Of a DNA stretch of 32,000 bases, positions 1-9,528 are shown piece after piece. The notes below the pieces were generated by a model. That model was given only the letters and a program-made list of their open reading frames with translations. It did no database searches and was not told the DNA's origin. Each line of letters starts with the position of its first letter. Position 1 is the stretch's first letter. The translations under genes were made by a program, and so were the position numbers. Source of the stretch: Pirellula staleyi DSM 6068 (lineage in GTDB: Bacteria > Planctomycetota > Planctomycetia > Pirellulales > Pirellulaceae); the NCBI GenBank assembly GCA_000025185.1, contig CP001848.1, forward strand, positions 5,970,001-6,002,000, given 5' to 3'.

Positions 1-1
1 G

Positions 2-691
2 GTGCGTGTGAGTGTGAAATCGCTTGCGATGTTCCTTGGGCGATCAGCTGTCTCCGACGAGTCGCTCGATGGCGATGAGGCTCCACTTCAGCAGCCCGCT
101 TGGCTTGCGCTGCTGCTGGGCTTTGTCGTTCTGATGGCGTCGATGGCAGGCGTGCTCTACATGGTCGATATCGAACAAGAGGCGGGGCAAGCCACCATTC
201 GCGAAGGGGTACTCGGATCGATGTCGATGCTCACCGGCGTGGTGCTGGGAGCCCTTCCCCTGCTCATCTACGGCGGGCTACTACTCATGGCCGCGCCGCT
301 GGTGGGTGCCACGGTGAAACTTCGTACCACCTGGGAAGCAGTGCTACTGCAGGCCTACTTCACCGGCAGTGGATCGTATCTGCCGCTCGCCACCGATAGT
401 GAAATCGAAGGCCCTTCGTGGGCACGCGTTCGATTAGCGTATGTCAGCTTGGGTGGGCTTCTCGCACTACACCTCCTGTGCACCTTTGCTGGACGACAAT
501 CGGGCTCCGATGCGCTGGAGTATCTCGGCGCGATGTTCCTGATTTACTCGTTTGTTTTCTCGTTCCCGATTGCCCCTCTCGACGGCTACTACATTTGGGC
601 GCAATCCAAACTGCTGTGGGTGCTCACCTGGGCACCGCTTCTGGGCTGTTTCATTTGGAATCTACCTGAGCGACTGCATGCCATCCTCTAA
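2..691 (+). CDS. Polytopic membrane protein, probably 5'-partial (frame open to window edge); C-terminal FPIAPLDGYYIW resembles the NxxPxxxxDG motif of M50/site-2-protease-like proteins
   Basis: Frame is open from the first full codon. It has several hydrophobic helices (LALLLGFVVLMASMAGVLY, GALPLLIYGGLLLMAAPLVGA, FLIYSFVFSF). The PLDG-type motif lies near the C-terminus. No HExxH is visible inside the window. The stop overlaps the next gene start by 14 nt. Confidence 0.5.
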   Translation: MRVSVKSLAMFLGRSAVSDESLDGDEAPLQQPAWLALLLGFVVLMASMAGVLYMVDIEQEAGQATIREGVLGSMSMLTGVVLGALPLLIYGGLLLMAAPLVGATVKLRTTWEAVLLQAYFTGSGSYLPLATDSEIEGPSWARVRLAYVSLGGLLALHLLCTFAGRQSGSDALEYLGAMFLIYSFVFSFPIAPLDGYYIWAQSKLLWVLTWAPLLGCFIWNLPERLHAIL

Positions 692-1553
692 GAAAAAAAC
701 TCGCAGCGGAACAGCCGCCAAGTCCGAGAAAATCGACCTCGCCAGCAGCGCTGCGCGCAATGCATCCAGTTCGCGAGTGACGGCGATCATCGGCTTCGTC
801 CTCGCGTGGACCTTTGCCTACAACCTGCTGATCAAGCGGCAAGGGATCGCCCGCGCGTTCTTTCAAATTCTCGATACGATCAGCGACGATTTCGTGATGG
901 GGTCGCTTGTTGCCATTTTTCTGGGACTTGCGATCGTCGTCGTCTTCTCGGTGACGAAACTCTACGGACAAATCAACGCGAATATCTATTCGTTCGCGAT
1001 TCTCGAGAATCTGCTCTACGACGATTTGCGAAGTGGCAATGCTTACGCGTTCGTTTCAAAATTGCTCCATTTTCGCGATCAAGCGGCACCAAAAAACGTT
1101 TGCCCACGGCGCGTGGGAGGCATTTTGTTTGGCATGGGCTTCATCTACGCCATGAGCTGGATCTATGTGATCGTGTTCAGCGAAGCGCTCTTCTTCTTAT
1201 CGTGGAGTTCCGGCGTGAATCTGCCGATCACCAAGGAGAACATGCTGCTGATGCCTACTTTGGCTCTTTCGATTCCGTTCTCGGCCCGGGTGATGGCCTA
1301 CCTGCGCTACCCGTATGCCCAAGACTATGCCGACTTCATGCCCGCTGCGGTCTTCGGTTTACTGATGGTCACGGCGCTCGGCTACCTGTTTGAATCAGGT
1401 GATCAAAAGTTTTTTCTCAAAACGATCTACGACGACAAATTGTTCCTCGAGAGCTTCTTGAGGAACGGTCTGTTTCTAGCCTTCATTCCGGTCTTTTTCG
1501 AAGCTTGCTACTGGCTGCTCGATAGCCTGCGAGCCGAGAAAAAAGCGGCGTAG
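678..1553 (+). CDS. Hypothetical multi-pass membrane protein
   Basis: I chose the ATG at 678 (MPSSKKKTRSG...) rather than the track start at 552, because the upstream part overlaps the preceding gene in another frame. A basic N-terminus is followed by at least 6 hydrophobic segments. Codon usage is typical of the window. I recognise no family. Confidence 0.55.
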   Translation: MPSSKKKTRSGTAAKSEKIDLASSAARNASSSRVTAIIGFVLAWTFAYNLLIKRQGIARAFFQILDTISDDFVMGSLVAIFLGLAIVVVFSVTKLYGQINANIYSFAILENLLYDDLRSGNAYAFVSKLLHFRDQAAPKNVCPRRVGGILFGMGFIYAMSWIYVIVFSEALFFLSWSSGVNLPITKENMLLMPTLALSIPFSARVMAYLRYPYAQDYADFMPAAVFGLLMVTALGYLFESGDQKFFLKTIYDDKLFLESFLRNGLFLAFIPVFFEACYWLLDSLRAEKKAA

Positions 1554-1592
1554 CTCACTCTTGATGAACCGCTGGCCGCTCGCATCTTGCAT

Positions 1593-2003
1593 CTACGCTT
1601 GCGGCTGAACATGTGCGGGATCCATGTAGAACAGCTCCCAGATGTGGCCATCGAGATCTTGATAGCCATGCTGCAGCATGAAGCCGTAGTCCTTCTCGTC
1701 GGCATACTTGGTGCCACCAGCAGCCAAGGCTTTGGCCACCATTTCGCGCACTTTATCGCGACTTTCGCACGAGAGCCCAATCAGCATCTCGGTGGTCTTG
1801 GTGGCATCGGCGATTGCTTTGGGAGTGAACTCCTGAAAGCGGCCTTCGGCCAGCAGCATCACGAAATTCGATTCGCTCACAATCATGCAGGTGGCCGATT
1901 CGTCGGTGAACTGCGGATTGAACTTATAGCCGAGCTTCGTGAAAAACTCGATCGACTTCGGCAAATCCTTCACGGGGAGATTCAGGAACATCTTGGTCGA
2001 CAT
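1593..2003 (-). CDS. VOC (glyoxalase/bleomycin-resistance/dioxygenase) family protein
   Basis: 136 aa. The N-terminal MFLNLPVKDLPKSIEFFTKLGY and C-terminal QDLDGHIWELFYMD are typical of small VOC-fold proteins. It is the last gene of the same-strand sigma cluster. Confidence 0.85.
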   Translation of the reverse strand: MSTKMFLNLPVKDLPKSIEFFTKLGYKFNPQFTDESATCMIVSESNFVMLLAEGRFQEFTPKAIADATKTTEMLIGLSCESRDKVREMVAKALAAGGTKYADEKDYGFMLQHGYQDLDGHIWELFYMDPAHVQPQA

Positions 2004-2101
2004 GCATTAACTCGCGAATAGTGGAACCATGTTGTGGAAATGAAGTGGAGTCTTACAAACGTGACGATGACTGGGCGACGTACGTGCGATGAAGCACCAC
2101 G

Positions 2102-2569
2102 TTAGCTAACAATCGGGACCCAGATTTCCATGCCACCGATCATCTTTTCGCCGCAGAACTCTTCGGTGTAGCACTCGATGCAAGGTCCAGGTGCGGTGCG
2201 GAGGCCCGAGGTCGGTAGCCACTGGCGATAGATCGCATCGATGAAACCGGGCAACTCGCTGACATGGCCTGTATGAAGCAGCACCGCGAATTTCTGCGGG
2301 GGGATGGCAAACTCGGCCATTCCGTCTGGAATTTCGGCGGACGAATGAACCTCGACAGCAGCCATATAATCGAAGTCACAATCGGTGCCACTCACGAGGA
2401 CCGAAATGCCGTAGCTGCGACGCCCCACCTGACCAGGAATCTGGCCGATGTGTGGCGCAAACTGGCCCCACAACTGTGGAATTTCGCAACGACTTTCCAT
2501 CGAATAGCGCCGCATAATTCCCGCCCATCGCATGGCAGGAACATCGCGGAAAACGGGTGTCAGCTGCAT
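2102..2569 (-). CDS. GyrI-like / AraC-effector-binding (SOUL-like) small-molecule-binding domain protein
   Basis: 155 aa. The pattern IPQLWGQF...YGISV...DYMAAVEV...FAV..H.G...L...I..IY..WLP...E.Y is characteristic of GyrI-like domains. It starts 2 nt after the YciI gene stop. Confidence 0.8.
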   Translation of the reverse strand: MQLTPVFRDVPAMRWAGIMRRYSMESRCEIPQLWGQFAPHIGQIPGQVGRRSYGISVLVSGTDCDFDYMAAVEVHSSAEIPDGMAEFAIPPQKFAVLLHTGHVSELPGFIDAIYRQWLPTSGLRTAPGPCIECYTEEFCGEKMIGGMEIWVPIVS

Positions 2570-2571
2570 CG

Positions 2572-2994
2572 TTATTTCCCTTCGAGTTGCTGGCGTAAAC
2601 GGGCTTCACGCTCCATCACTTCGGGTGTCACGGCATCGCCAAAATCTTCCATTTCGAAAACGGGACGAATCTCGATTTCCGAATCTTCGAGCATTGGATT
2701 GGGACATTTTTTGACCCACTCCATAGCCTCGTCCATCGACTTCACTTGCCACATCCAAAAACCGGCAATGAGCTCTTTCGTTTCCGAAAATGGCCCGTCA
2801 TAGACGGTCCGATCTTTTCCCGAGAAGACCACACGTTTACCGAATGAACTGGCTTTGAGGCCATCGCCCGACAGCATGATGCCAGCCGCGACGAGTTGCT
2901 CGTTGTACTTCCCCATATCGTTGAGGAGTTCTTCACTCGGCATCACACTCGCTTCCGAACTTTTCGATGCTTTAACAATCACCATGACCTTCAT
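2572..2994 (-). CDS. YciI-family (DGPF-domain) protein
   Basis: 140 aa. It begins MKVMVIVKAS, and the literal DGPF motif is present (VYDGPFSETKELIAGFWMWQV). This family is the classic neighbour of ECF42-type sigma factors. Confidence 0.85.
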   Translation of the reverse strand: MKVMVIVKASKSSEASVMPSEELLNDMGKYNEQLVAAGIMLSGDGLKASSFGKRVVFSGKDRTVYDGPFSETKELIAGFWMWQVKSMDEAMEWVKKCPNPMLEDSEIEIRPVFEMEDFGDAVTPEVMEREARLRQQLEGK

Positions 2995-3157
2995 CGCTGT
3001 CTCTCCGTCGATACATGTTGGGTTATGAGCAAGGAGCGATTTTCAGGCTTGAATCGCTCGACATGCAGTAGTCGTTTGCGAGGGCTGCGAATCGACATTG
3101 CGAGTTCTAAAAGTGAAAACTGTTGCTGACTACGAACTCGCAGGATCGATGCCAGGC

Positions 3158-3766
3158 TCAACCTATGCGGCGGTAAGTCATATTCATGAACCTCAGCCAA
3201 GTGCCGTCTTCTTGCAGAATCTGTGAGTACATGGTGCGGACATCGGCAGAAGGAATCTCAATCACATCTTGATAGCGAGCCAGCGCAGTTTGCGTGAAGT
3301 TCAGCCCCTCGGTATCGAGCGTCAGGATCTTGCCACTCTCGTCGAGCGAACCGCAGTAGATCCACTGCTGAGTCATCATCGAGGCATGGAACGAGCCGAC
3401 AAATTTTCCGCTGCGAGGACTGAAACCGAGCGTCATCATCGACTTACCTTCGTCACCGCCGGGCATCGACATGGTGCCGCACGAAACCACCCAGAGACCG
3501 CCGAGGGTGTGTGTTTCCTCGGTACCCGTCGATTTTATCGGAGGCTGATCGGGCCCCATGCTGCACTCCATTTCACAGGTCCATTTGCCGACCATGCGCG
3601 CGAGCCACTCGTGCTGCGATTGGGGAGTTTCGTGCATCAGAGAGTTCCATTCTTCAAGGGGTGGGGAAAACTGGTAGTGACCGAGCCAGCGAGCCTCGGA
3701 CTTTTCGAGTGACCGCTGCCGACTACGTAGTAGTCGAACGAGAACGCCGCTCATCGACATCGGCAC
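3158..3766 (-). CDS. DUF1579-domain protein
   Basis: HEWLARMVGKWTCEMEC...GGLWVV...MTLGF....KFVGSF matches my memory of DUF1579. The start is uncertain: GTG 3766, ATG 3760/3754, or the internal ATG at 3637, which gives a more typical protein of about 159 aa. Confidence 0.75.
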   Translation of the reverse strand: MPMSMSGVLVRLLRSRQRSLEKSEARWLGHYQFSPPLEEWNSLMHETPQSQHEWLARMVGKWTCEMECSMGPDQPPIKSTGTEETHTLGGLWVVSCGTMSMPGGDEGKSMMTLGFSPRSGKFVGSFHASMMTQQWIYCGSLDESGKILTLDTEGLNFTQTALARYQDVIEIPSADVRTMYSQILQEDGTWLRFMNMTYRRIG

Positions 3767-3823
3767 TACAAAAACACTAACTTATTACACTGCAAATACT
3801 TAAGATCAACACACCAACTGCCA

Positions 3824-5086
3824 CTAACCAGCCAGTTCGTTCACACGCCGCTGTAGGAATCGGCGTTCGGGCTCTTGGCGAGCCAGTTCAAGTGCTCTTA
3901 AGTACGACGTTCGGGCCTCCTCGACTCGGGACAATCGGCGGCACAAATCGGCCCGGGCGGCATGGGCGAGATGATAGTCGGCAAGCTCGCCCCGCGCGAG
4001 AAGTTCGTCGACCAGCGCGAGGCCAGCGGCGGGACCATCGCGCATCGCAATCGCCACCGCACGATTCAAATCGACCACCGGCGAAGGCTGTGCCTGAGCA
4101 AGTAGATGATAGAGTTCGACGATCTGTCGCCAATCGGTTTCGGCAGCGGTGCGAGCGTCGGCGTGGACAGCGGCGATGGCTGCTTGCAGCGTGTAGCTTC
4201 CGACCTGCGGACTCGCAAGCGCACGACGTACGATCTCGGTCCCTTCGGTGATGAGCAAGCGGTTCCATCGCGAACGATCCTGATCCTCGAGCAAGATCAA
4301 ATCGCCATGGTCGTTGGCGCGCGCATCACGCCGCGATTCTTGCAGCAGCATAAGTGCGAGGAGCCCCAGCGTCTCACTATCGGGCAAAAGTTCAACGACA
4401 AGTCGACCTAGTCGGATCGCTTCTTCCGAAAGATCGGCGCGAGTGACCGTTGCGCCGGAGGAGGCATAGTAACCTTCGTTGAAGACCAAATAGATGACGG
4501 CAAGGACCGATTCAAGTCGCTCGGGAAGATCGGAAGCCGATGGAACTTGATACGGAATCTTGGCATCCCGAATCTTGGCTTTTCCGCGTACGATGCGCTG
4601 CTGAATCGTTACGACGTTCGACAAAAACGCACTCGCGATCGCTTCGGTCGCCAGTCCACATACTTCGCGTAAGGTGAGCGCGACCTGTGTGGGTGCAGCG
4701 AGTGACGGATGGCAGCAGGTGAAGATCAGCCGCAGTCGATCATCCTCGACATCTTCGTCGCTAGTGATCGCCGATGATGTTTGCGTTTCATCGCGCGCGA
4801 TCGACTCAAGCGAGGCATCGAATCGCGTGCGGCGCCGAATGATATCGATCGCTTTGAACCGACCAGTCGACACCAGCCAAGCGCGTGGGCTTTTGGGAAT
4901 TCCTTCGAGGGTCCACTTCTCGACAGCAGCGGCGAATGCTTCGTGCATCACTTCTTCAGCGAGATCGAAGTCGCCGATCATGCGCACCAGCGTGGCAAAA
5001 ACACGCCGCGACTCGGTGCGGTAAATCGCTTCCACGCGATCTCGAACGAGAACATCTTGAGGGATGGGCACGGGTGCTACTCGCAA
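3824..5086 (-). CDS. ECF sigma factor with long C-terminal TPR-like extension (ECF42 / COG4941 type)
   Basis: - Region 2: RRVFATLVRMIGDFDLAEEVMHEAFAAAVEKW...PRAWLVSTGRFKAIDIIRRR.
- Region 4 HTH: LALTLREVCGLATEAIASAFLSNVVTIQQRIVRGKAKI.
- A helical-repeat tail of about 200 aa ends YLRALELARQEPERRFLQRRVNEL.
- The track ORF runs to 5353, but the homologous part begins near VEAIYRTESRR, so I place the start at in-frame TTG 5086 (or GTG 5071). Confidence 0.85.
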   Translation of the reverse strand: MRVAPVPIPQDVLVRDRVEAIYRTESRRVFATLVRMIGDFDLAEEVMHEAFAAAVEKWTLEGIPKSPRAWLVSTGRFKAIDIIRRRTRFDASLESIARDETQTSSAITSDEDVEDDRLRLIFTCCHPSLAAPTQVALTLREVCGLATEAIASAFLSNVVTIQQRIVRGKAKIRDAKIPYQVPSASDLPERLESVLAVIYLVFNEGYYASSGATVTRADLSEEAIRLGRLVVELLPDSETLGLLALMLLQESRRDARANDHGDLILLEDQDRSRWNRLLITEGTEIVRRALASPQVGSYTLQAAIAAVHADARTAAETDWRQIVELYHLLAQAQPSPVVDLNRAVAIAMRDGPAAGLALVDELLARGELADYHLAHAARADLCRRLSRVEEARTSYLRALELARQEPERRFLQRRVNELAG

Positions 5087-5229
5087 GTGAGAGAAATCGT
5101 CGGGAAGATTATATCTCCACAAGTGCACCTTTGAACAGTATCTCCTGTGCGGAAAGTCGAAAAAAGATATGTGCCAGATGCATGCAACTTCGCTAACGAT
5201 CGCCAAAAATCCATGCGAGCGCCAGATGT

Positions 5230-5251
5230 ACAATCGATTAAAATCGATTGT
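5230..5251. promoter_or_regulatory. Perfect 22-bp palindrome ACAATCGATTAAAATCGATTGT in the divergent sigma / methyltransferase intergenic region; candidate operator for a dimeric regulator
   Basis: Read directly: the 10-bp arms are exact reverse complements around an AA centre. It lies in an AT-rich non-coding stretch between divergent genes. There is no functional evidence. Confidence 0.3.
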
Positions 5252-5416
5252 TATTTGTGGCTGTTTTTCGCTGGTTTGGCGTCGTTTTCGTGATTCTTTG
5301 CAAAATCTGCGACACAATCGGCAGCCATTTCCGCTATTCACCTTAGGAGCCAATCACGGGAGCCATTGGCGAAGCGTGTGAGCGATGGACTAAGCGGTAG
5401 AAAGTGCCTGACTGCC

Positions 5417-6148
5417 ATGCCAAAACTTTCCATTCTGATTTACGGCCTGCTGAGCTACCTGCTGGGGTCGCTCGTACTGGTTTACGCGATCGGATTTCTG
5501 GGTGGATTTCTCGCGCCCACGCAACTCGATGGGCCGCGCACATTTACTATTGTCGAAGCGATGGCCGTTGATGTCGCGCTGCTGCTACTGTTTGCTGTTC
5601 AGCATAGTGTGATGGCGCGACCGTGGTTCAAAGTGCAACTGACACGTCTGTTGCCAGCAGCCATGGAACGGAGTACCTACGTCCTGCTATCGAGTGTCGT
5701 GATGCTGCTTCTCTTTTGGCAATGGCGGCCGATCAACTGGATCATCTGGAATGCCGAGTCCCCGCTGCTGCGAGTTGCTTGCTACGCACTTTATGCAACG
5801 GGCTGGCTTGTGATTGTGCTCAGCACGCTGCAGATTAACCACTTCGATCTCTTTGGACTACGACAAGTTTGGCTGGCGTTCACCGGGAAGTCATACACCC
5901 ACCTGCCGCTCACTCGTCCCCTCTTCTATCGCTGGGTGCGTCATCCACTCTATGTCGGCTGGCTACTCACCTTTTGGGCTACACCCACAATGGGTCTTGG
6001 GCATTTGCTCTTCGCGAGCATCACAACGCTATACATCCTCGTCGCTATTGTTTTGGAAGAGCGTGATTTACTTGCCCATCATGGACCAGCGTACGCGGCT
6101 TATCAGAAGGAAGTGCCGATGCTTGTGCCCGGTTTACGTGGCAGATAG
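5417..6148 (+). CDS. Membrane methyltransferase of the ICMT/PEMT/NnrU superfamily, MddA-like (methanethiol S-methyltransferase-like)
   Basis: I chose ATG 5417 (MPKLSILIYGLLSYLLG) over the track's TTG 5366. The protein has several TM helices. The C-terminal signature is INHFDLFGLRQVW...PLFYRWVRHPLYVGWLL..W..P.M..GHLLFA...T.YI...I.LEERDL...HG..Y..Y. Confidence 0.75.
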   Translation: MPKLSILIYGLLSYLLGSLVLVYAIGFLGGFLAPTQLDGPRTFTIVEAMAVDVALLLLFAVQHSVMARPWFKVQLTRLLPAAMERSTYVLLSSVVMLLLFWQWRPINWIIWNAESPLLRVACYALYATGWLVIVLSTLQINHFDLFGLRQVWLAFTGKSYTHLPLTRPLFYRWVRHPLYVGWLLTFWATPTMGLGHLLFASITTLYILVAIVLEERDLLAHHGPAYAAYQKEVPMLVPGLRGR

Positions 6149-6150
6149 CG

Positions 6151-6747
6151 ATGCGCGAAAAATTAGAGCCGGAGGATGTGCTGCAAGATGCTTACCTCGC
6201 GGCGTCGAAGCGTTTTAGCGAACTCGACTATAGTACCGACGGAGCGTTTGTGCGCAGGATGTGTCGCATCATCGACAACCGCTTGCGTGACCTGGCAACT
6301 CTATCCCTTCGTGCGTGGCATGCGATCGAGCAATGGCCCACAGAAATCACGGTCGGAAGCGATCCCATCACACTGCCGCCGATTGTCCTACGCAAGCTCG
6401 CGCGGATCAGCATCAAAACACCACAGGCCAGTGCGCCAATGAACCTCACTACCGATCGCATCACCTGGCCAGCGGTCGCAGGGGCTACGCAGTACCGCAT
6501 TCATTTCAGTTCGTTCAGCGACAAACCGCACCCAACATCCAACTGGTTTGTCATGGAGAGCACTACGCGCAATGAACTCACCCTCAGTGAGAGTTCCCAG
6601 GCCACGCTTCGAGCAGCCAGTGAGCACTGGAAAAGGGGAACACGTGGTGGCATTCGCATCGAGGCGTTCAATGCCGACATGCATCGCATCGGCACTACGG
6701 TGGGCGATCACCCTTTCTTAATCGCCGACGAACTCCAGCCTCAGTAG
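6151..6747 (+). CDS. Hypothetical protein: N-terminal fragment resembling ECF sigma region 2, followed by a beta-rich, possibly FN3/Ig-like, C-terminal part
   Basis: The ATG lies 2 nt after the preceding stop. [17 protein letters not shown]...[16 protein letters not shown] resembles sigma-70 regions 2.1-2.4, but no region 4 HTH is present. [16 protein letters not shown] is a typical FN3-like strand motif. The 3' end overlaps the cydB stop by 7 nt. Confidence 0.45.
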   Translation: MREKLEPEDVLQDAYLAASKRFSELDYSTDGAFVRRMCRIIDNRLRDLATLSLRAWHAIEQWPTEITVGSDPITLPPIVLRKLARISIKTPQASAPMNLTTDRITWPAVAGATQYRIHFSSFSDKPHPTSNWFVMESTTRNELTLSESSQATLRAASEHWKRGTRGGIRIEAFNADMHRIGTTVGDHPFLIADELQPQ

Positions 6748-7757
6748 CTGTGTTTATCGAGTTTCACGCGACCTCGAAATGTCCAGTAAACTATCGCGGT
6801 GTAGGCTATCACACACGGCATTCCAATCACTGCAACTACTGCCATGATTTGCAGCGTGTAGATCGACGACGATGCGTTGTAAATCGTCAAACTGTTTTCG
6901 GGATTCGGATTCGAGGTTACAAGATTAGGAAAGAGGGCCGTACCGAACAAAAAGATCAGCCCCGCGATGGTGCAGCACGAGGAGACGAACGCTTGCGAGA
7001 GATCATTGGCCATCAAAGAGCGGGGGATATTTGCGATGGCAAGCATACTGAGCACGACGACCAGAAAGGCCCATGGAAACTCCTCAAAATTGACCAGTGC
7101 TCGGGGAACCGTAGTGACGGTTGCGATCGTCGAGACGAGATAGAGCGTGAGAAAAGCAAAGTAGCCCCGCCACGTCCACAAGCCGATTCGCTTTCGTAAA
7201 TCACCTTCGGTCTTTAGCCCCAGAAAGATCGCCCCATGCATCACGAACATCGCAATCGTGAGAAGGCCCGTGAGTAGTGAATACCAGCCGACTTGCGTAA
7301 AGACACTGCTCTGAAAAATACCGCGTGACGAAAGCGGGATCCCCATCATCGCGCTCCCGACTGCCACTCCAAATACCAGAGAGGCGAGCAAACTACTGCC
7401 GCAAAAAACGTAGTCCCACACAGTTCGCCAGCGGCTCGAAGGAAACTTGCTGCGAAATTCGATCGACACCGCTCGGAAAATAAGTGCTCCCAAAACTGCC
7501 ATGAACGCTTCGTAGTACCCCGAAAAGACCGTGGCATAAGCTTCGGGAAATGCGGCGAACATCGCACCACCGAAGGTGACGAGCCACACTTCGTTGCCAT
7601 CCCAAATCGGACCGATTGAGTTGATCACAATGCGCCGCTCTTCGTCGGTGCGAGCCACCAGGTGCAGCATCCCTACACCCAAATCAAAACCATCGAGAAT
7701 GGCATAACCGGTGAGCAATACTCCCAGCAGCACAAACCACAGCAGAGGCCAATCCAT
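6741..7757 (-). CDS. cydB: Cytochrome bd ubiquinol oxidase subunit II
   Basis: 338 aa. The N-terminus [31 protein letters not shown] and the IWDGNEVWL motif are canonical for CydB. It lies immediately downstream of cydA. Confidence 0.9.
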   Translation of the reverse strand: MDWPLLWFVLLGVLLTGYAILDGFDLGVGMLHLVARTDEERRIVINSIGPIWDGNEVWLVTFGGAMFAAFPEAYATVFSGYYEAFMAVLGALIFRAVSIEFRSKFPSSRWRTVWDYVFCGSSLLASLVFGVAVGSAMMGIPLSSRGIFQSSVFTQVGWYSLLTGLLTIAMFVMHGAIFLGLKTEGDLRKRIGLWTWRGYFAFLTLYLVSTIATVTTVPRALVNFEEFPWAFLVVVLSMLAIANIPRSLMANDLSQAFVSSCCTIAGLIFLFGTALFPNLVTSNPNPENSLTIYNASSSIYTLQIMAVVAVIGMPCVIAYTAIVYWTFRGRVKLDKHSY

Positions 7758-7828
7758 CCGAGCATCCTCTCATTCTCACGGCAAAAGCATGACGACTCAT
7801 GCGTCCTCCGACCCTCAACAGCCCGCTG

Positions 7829-9301
7829 TCAAGTCGCTGGTTTTCCCGTGAGCGACTGATCGTGGCTAGCAAGCTCAGTTGCGGCATCCATCACATTTTG
7901 CGGCTGATCACTCCGCGGATGTTCGCCAGACTCTTTCGCATGATCATCGGGGCCGTGCGAGATTTTTTGATGCAGCAGCGTGATCCAAAGTACGAACAAC
8001 AGGCCATACACGATGGCAAAGAAAATGATCGACCCGAGCACTTGCTCGGCTATCACCGCTTCCGAAAGGGCGGCGCTCGTTCGTAGTCCACCCGTTGGCA
8101 ATCCATCCACCAAAGTCGGATAGACGATCCACGGCTGTCGTCCCACTTCGGCCGACACCCATCCCATCTCGTTCGCCAAAAACGCAAGCCCGAGGGCGAA
8201 GACGTGGTACCACAGGACCCATCTCGTCTCGTACAGTGTCCCTCGATAGAGCAAAAAACAGCTATAGGTGCACGACACGATGAAGATCATCCCAATGGCA
8301 ATCATGATGTGATAGGCCTGGAAGGTGATCCAAACGGGCGGTGTCCCCCAAATTGGATCGAGTTGATCGAGCCCGCGAACCTCTTGGTTGCTATCCCCCG
8401 TAACCATCAGACTGAGCATGCCGGGAATAGGAATGCCGTATTTCACCTGCTTGGTCTGCGAATCGGGCCAGCCAAATAGATAGACCGGCGCCTGCTTTTG
8501 CGTGGTGTAGAGACCTTCCATCGCGGCCAGTTTGGCAGGCTGATGATGGGCTACCCCTTCTGCCTGAAAGTGCCCACTCGCAAGCTGCAAGTACGACGAA
8601 ACGGTAGCAAAAATCAGTGCTCCTCCGAACGACTTTTTCGCGAACTCGAGATGCCGTTTTTTCAGCAAATACCAGGCAGAAATGCTCATCACAAAGAACG
8701 CGCCCAGCACAAACGCGCCGAGCCAGACATGAATGAGTCGGTTGACGGTCGAAGGATTAAACACCATCGCCCAGAAGTCGACGATTTCAGCCCGTAGAAA
8801 AACGTGGCCGTTAATCACCTGCTCACGTATCACATGCCCAGCGGGAGTTTGCTGCCACGAATTGGCCACCGTGATCCAGACCGAAGAAAAGATGCCGCCG
8901 ATCGCTACCATGCAGGTCGCAAAGAAATGCATCTTCGGTCCGACACGATCCCAACCAAACAAGAGCAGTGAGAGGAATCCTGACTCCAGAAAGAAGGCAA
9001 AAATCCCTTCGGCTGCCAGCGCCGAACCGAACACGTCCCCCACATAGCGTGAGTAGGCGGCCCAGTTCGTCCCAAACTCAAACTCCATCACAATCCCGGT
9101 GACGACTCCGAGGGCGAAGTTGAGTCCAAAGACTTTGGTCCAGAATCGGGCCGCCGTTTCGTAGATGGGAGTCTTCGTCCAGAGAAACATCCCTTCGAGA
9201 TAGACCAGCATTATCCCCAGGCCGATCGTGAGCGGCGGGAACAAATAGTGAAACATGATCGTGAAGGCGAACTGAAGTCGCGAGAGCAGCAGCACATCCA
9301 T
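7829..9301 (-). CDS. cydA: Cytochrome bd ubiquinol oxidase subunit I
   Basis: 490 aa. The N-terminus is [23 protein letters not shown], and the [15 protein letters not shown] signature is present. The acidic/polar C-terminal tail is longer than I expect for this family. Confidence 0.92.
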   Translation of the reverse strand: MDVLLLSRLQFAFTIMFHYLFPPLTIGLGIMLVYLEGMFLWTKTPIYETAARFWTKVFGLNFALGVVTGIVMEFEFGTNWAAYSRYVGDVFGSALAAEGIFAFFLESGFLSLLLFGWDRVGPKMHFFATCMVAIGGIFSSVWITVANSWQQTPAGHVIREQVINGHVFLRAEIVDFWAMVFNPSTVNRLIHVWLGAFVLGAFFVMSISAWYLLKKRHLEFAKKSFGGALIFATVSSYLQLASGHFQAEGVAHHQPAKLAAMEGLYTTQKQAPVYLFGWPDSQTKQVKYGIPIPGMLSLMVTGDSNQEVRGLDQLDPIWGTPPVWITFQAYHIMIAIGMIFIVSCTYSCFLLYRGTLYETRWVLWYHVFALGLAFLANEMGWVSAEVGRQPWIVYPTLVDGLPTGGLRTSAALSEAVIAEQVLGSIIFFAIVYGLLFVLWITLLHQKISHGPDDHAKESGEHPRSDQPQNVMDAATELASHDQSLTGKPAT

Positions 9302-9528
9302 AGCGTTTCACTCCGGCAACTGATGCGCGGTACGTCCGAGATTCTCGACACAGCGCGGTGGGGCAAGATAGTGACGCTCGCCATTGTAGAGACTTGACAG
9401 TCGAATCCAACGGAACATCGCCTTGCTACTTTCAAGCTGCGTTGAGGTGCCCCATACTTTCGGTCATGTGGCGCGCGAAAATAATCCGCCATTACCTCCC
9501 AGCCGATCACCGAGCGAAAGAACCTCCT

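Noticed and set aside
5087-5353. About 90-codon N-terminal extension of the sigma-factor ORF in the track (start at 5353)
   Set aside because: The extension (MAPKVNSGNGCRLCRRFCKESRKRRQ...) is AT-richer, Cys/Arg-rich and has no counterpart in this sigma family. The homologous region begins just after the in-frame TTG 5086 / GTG 5071.
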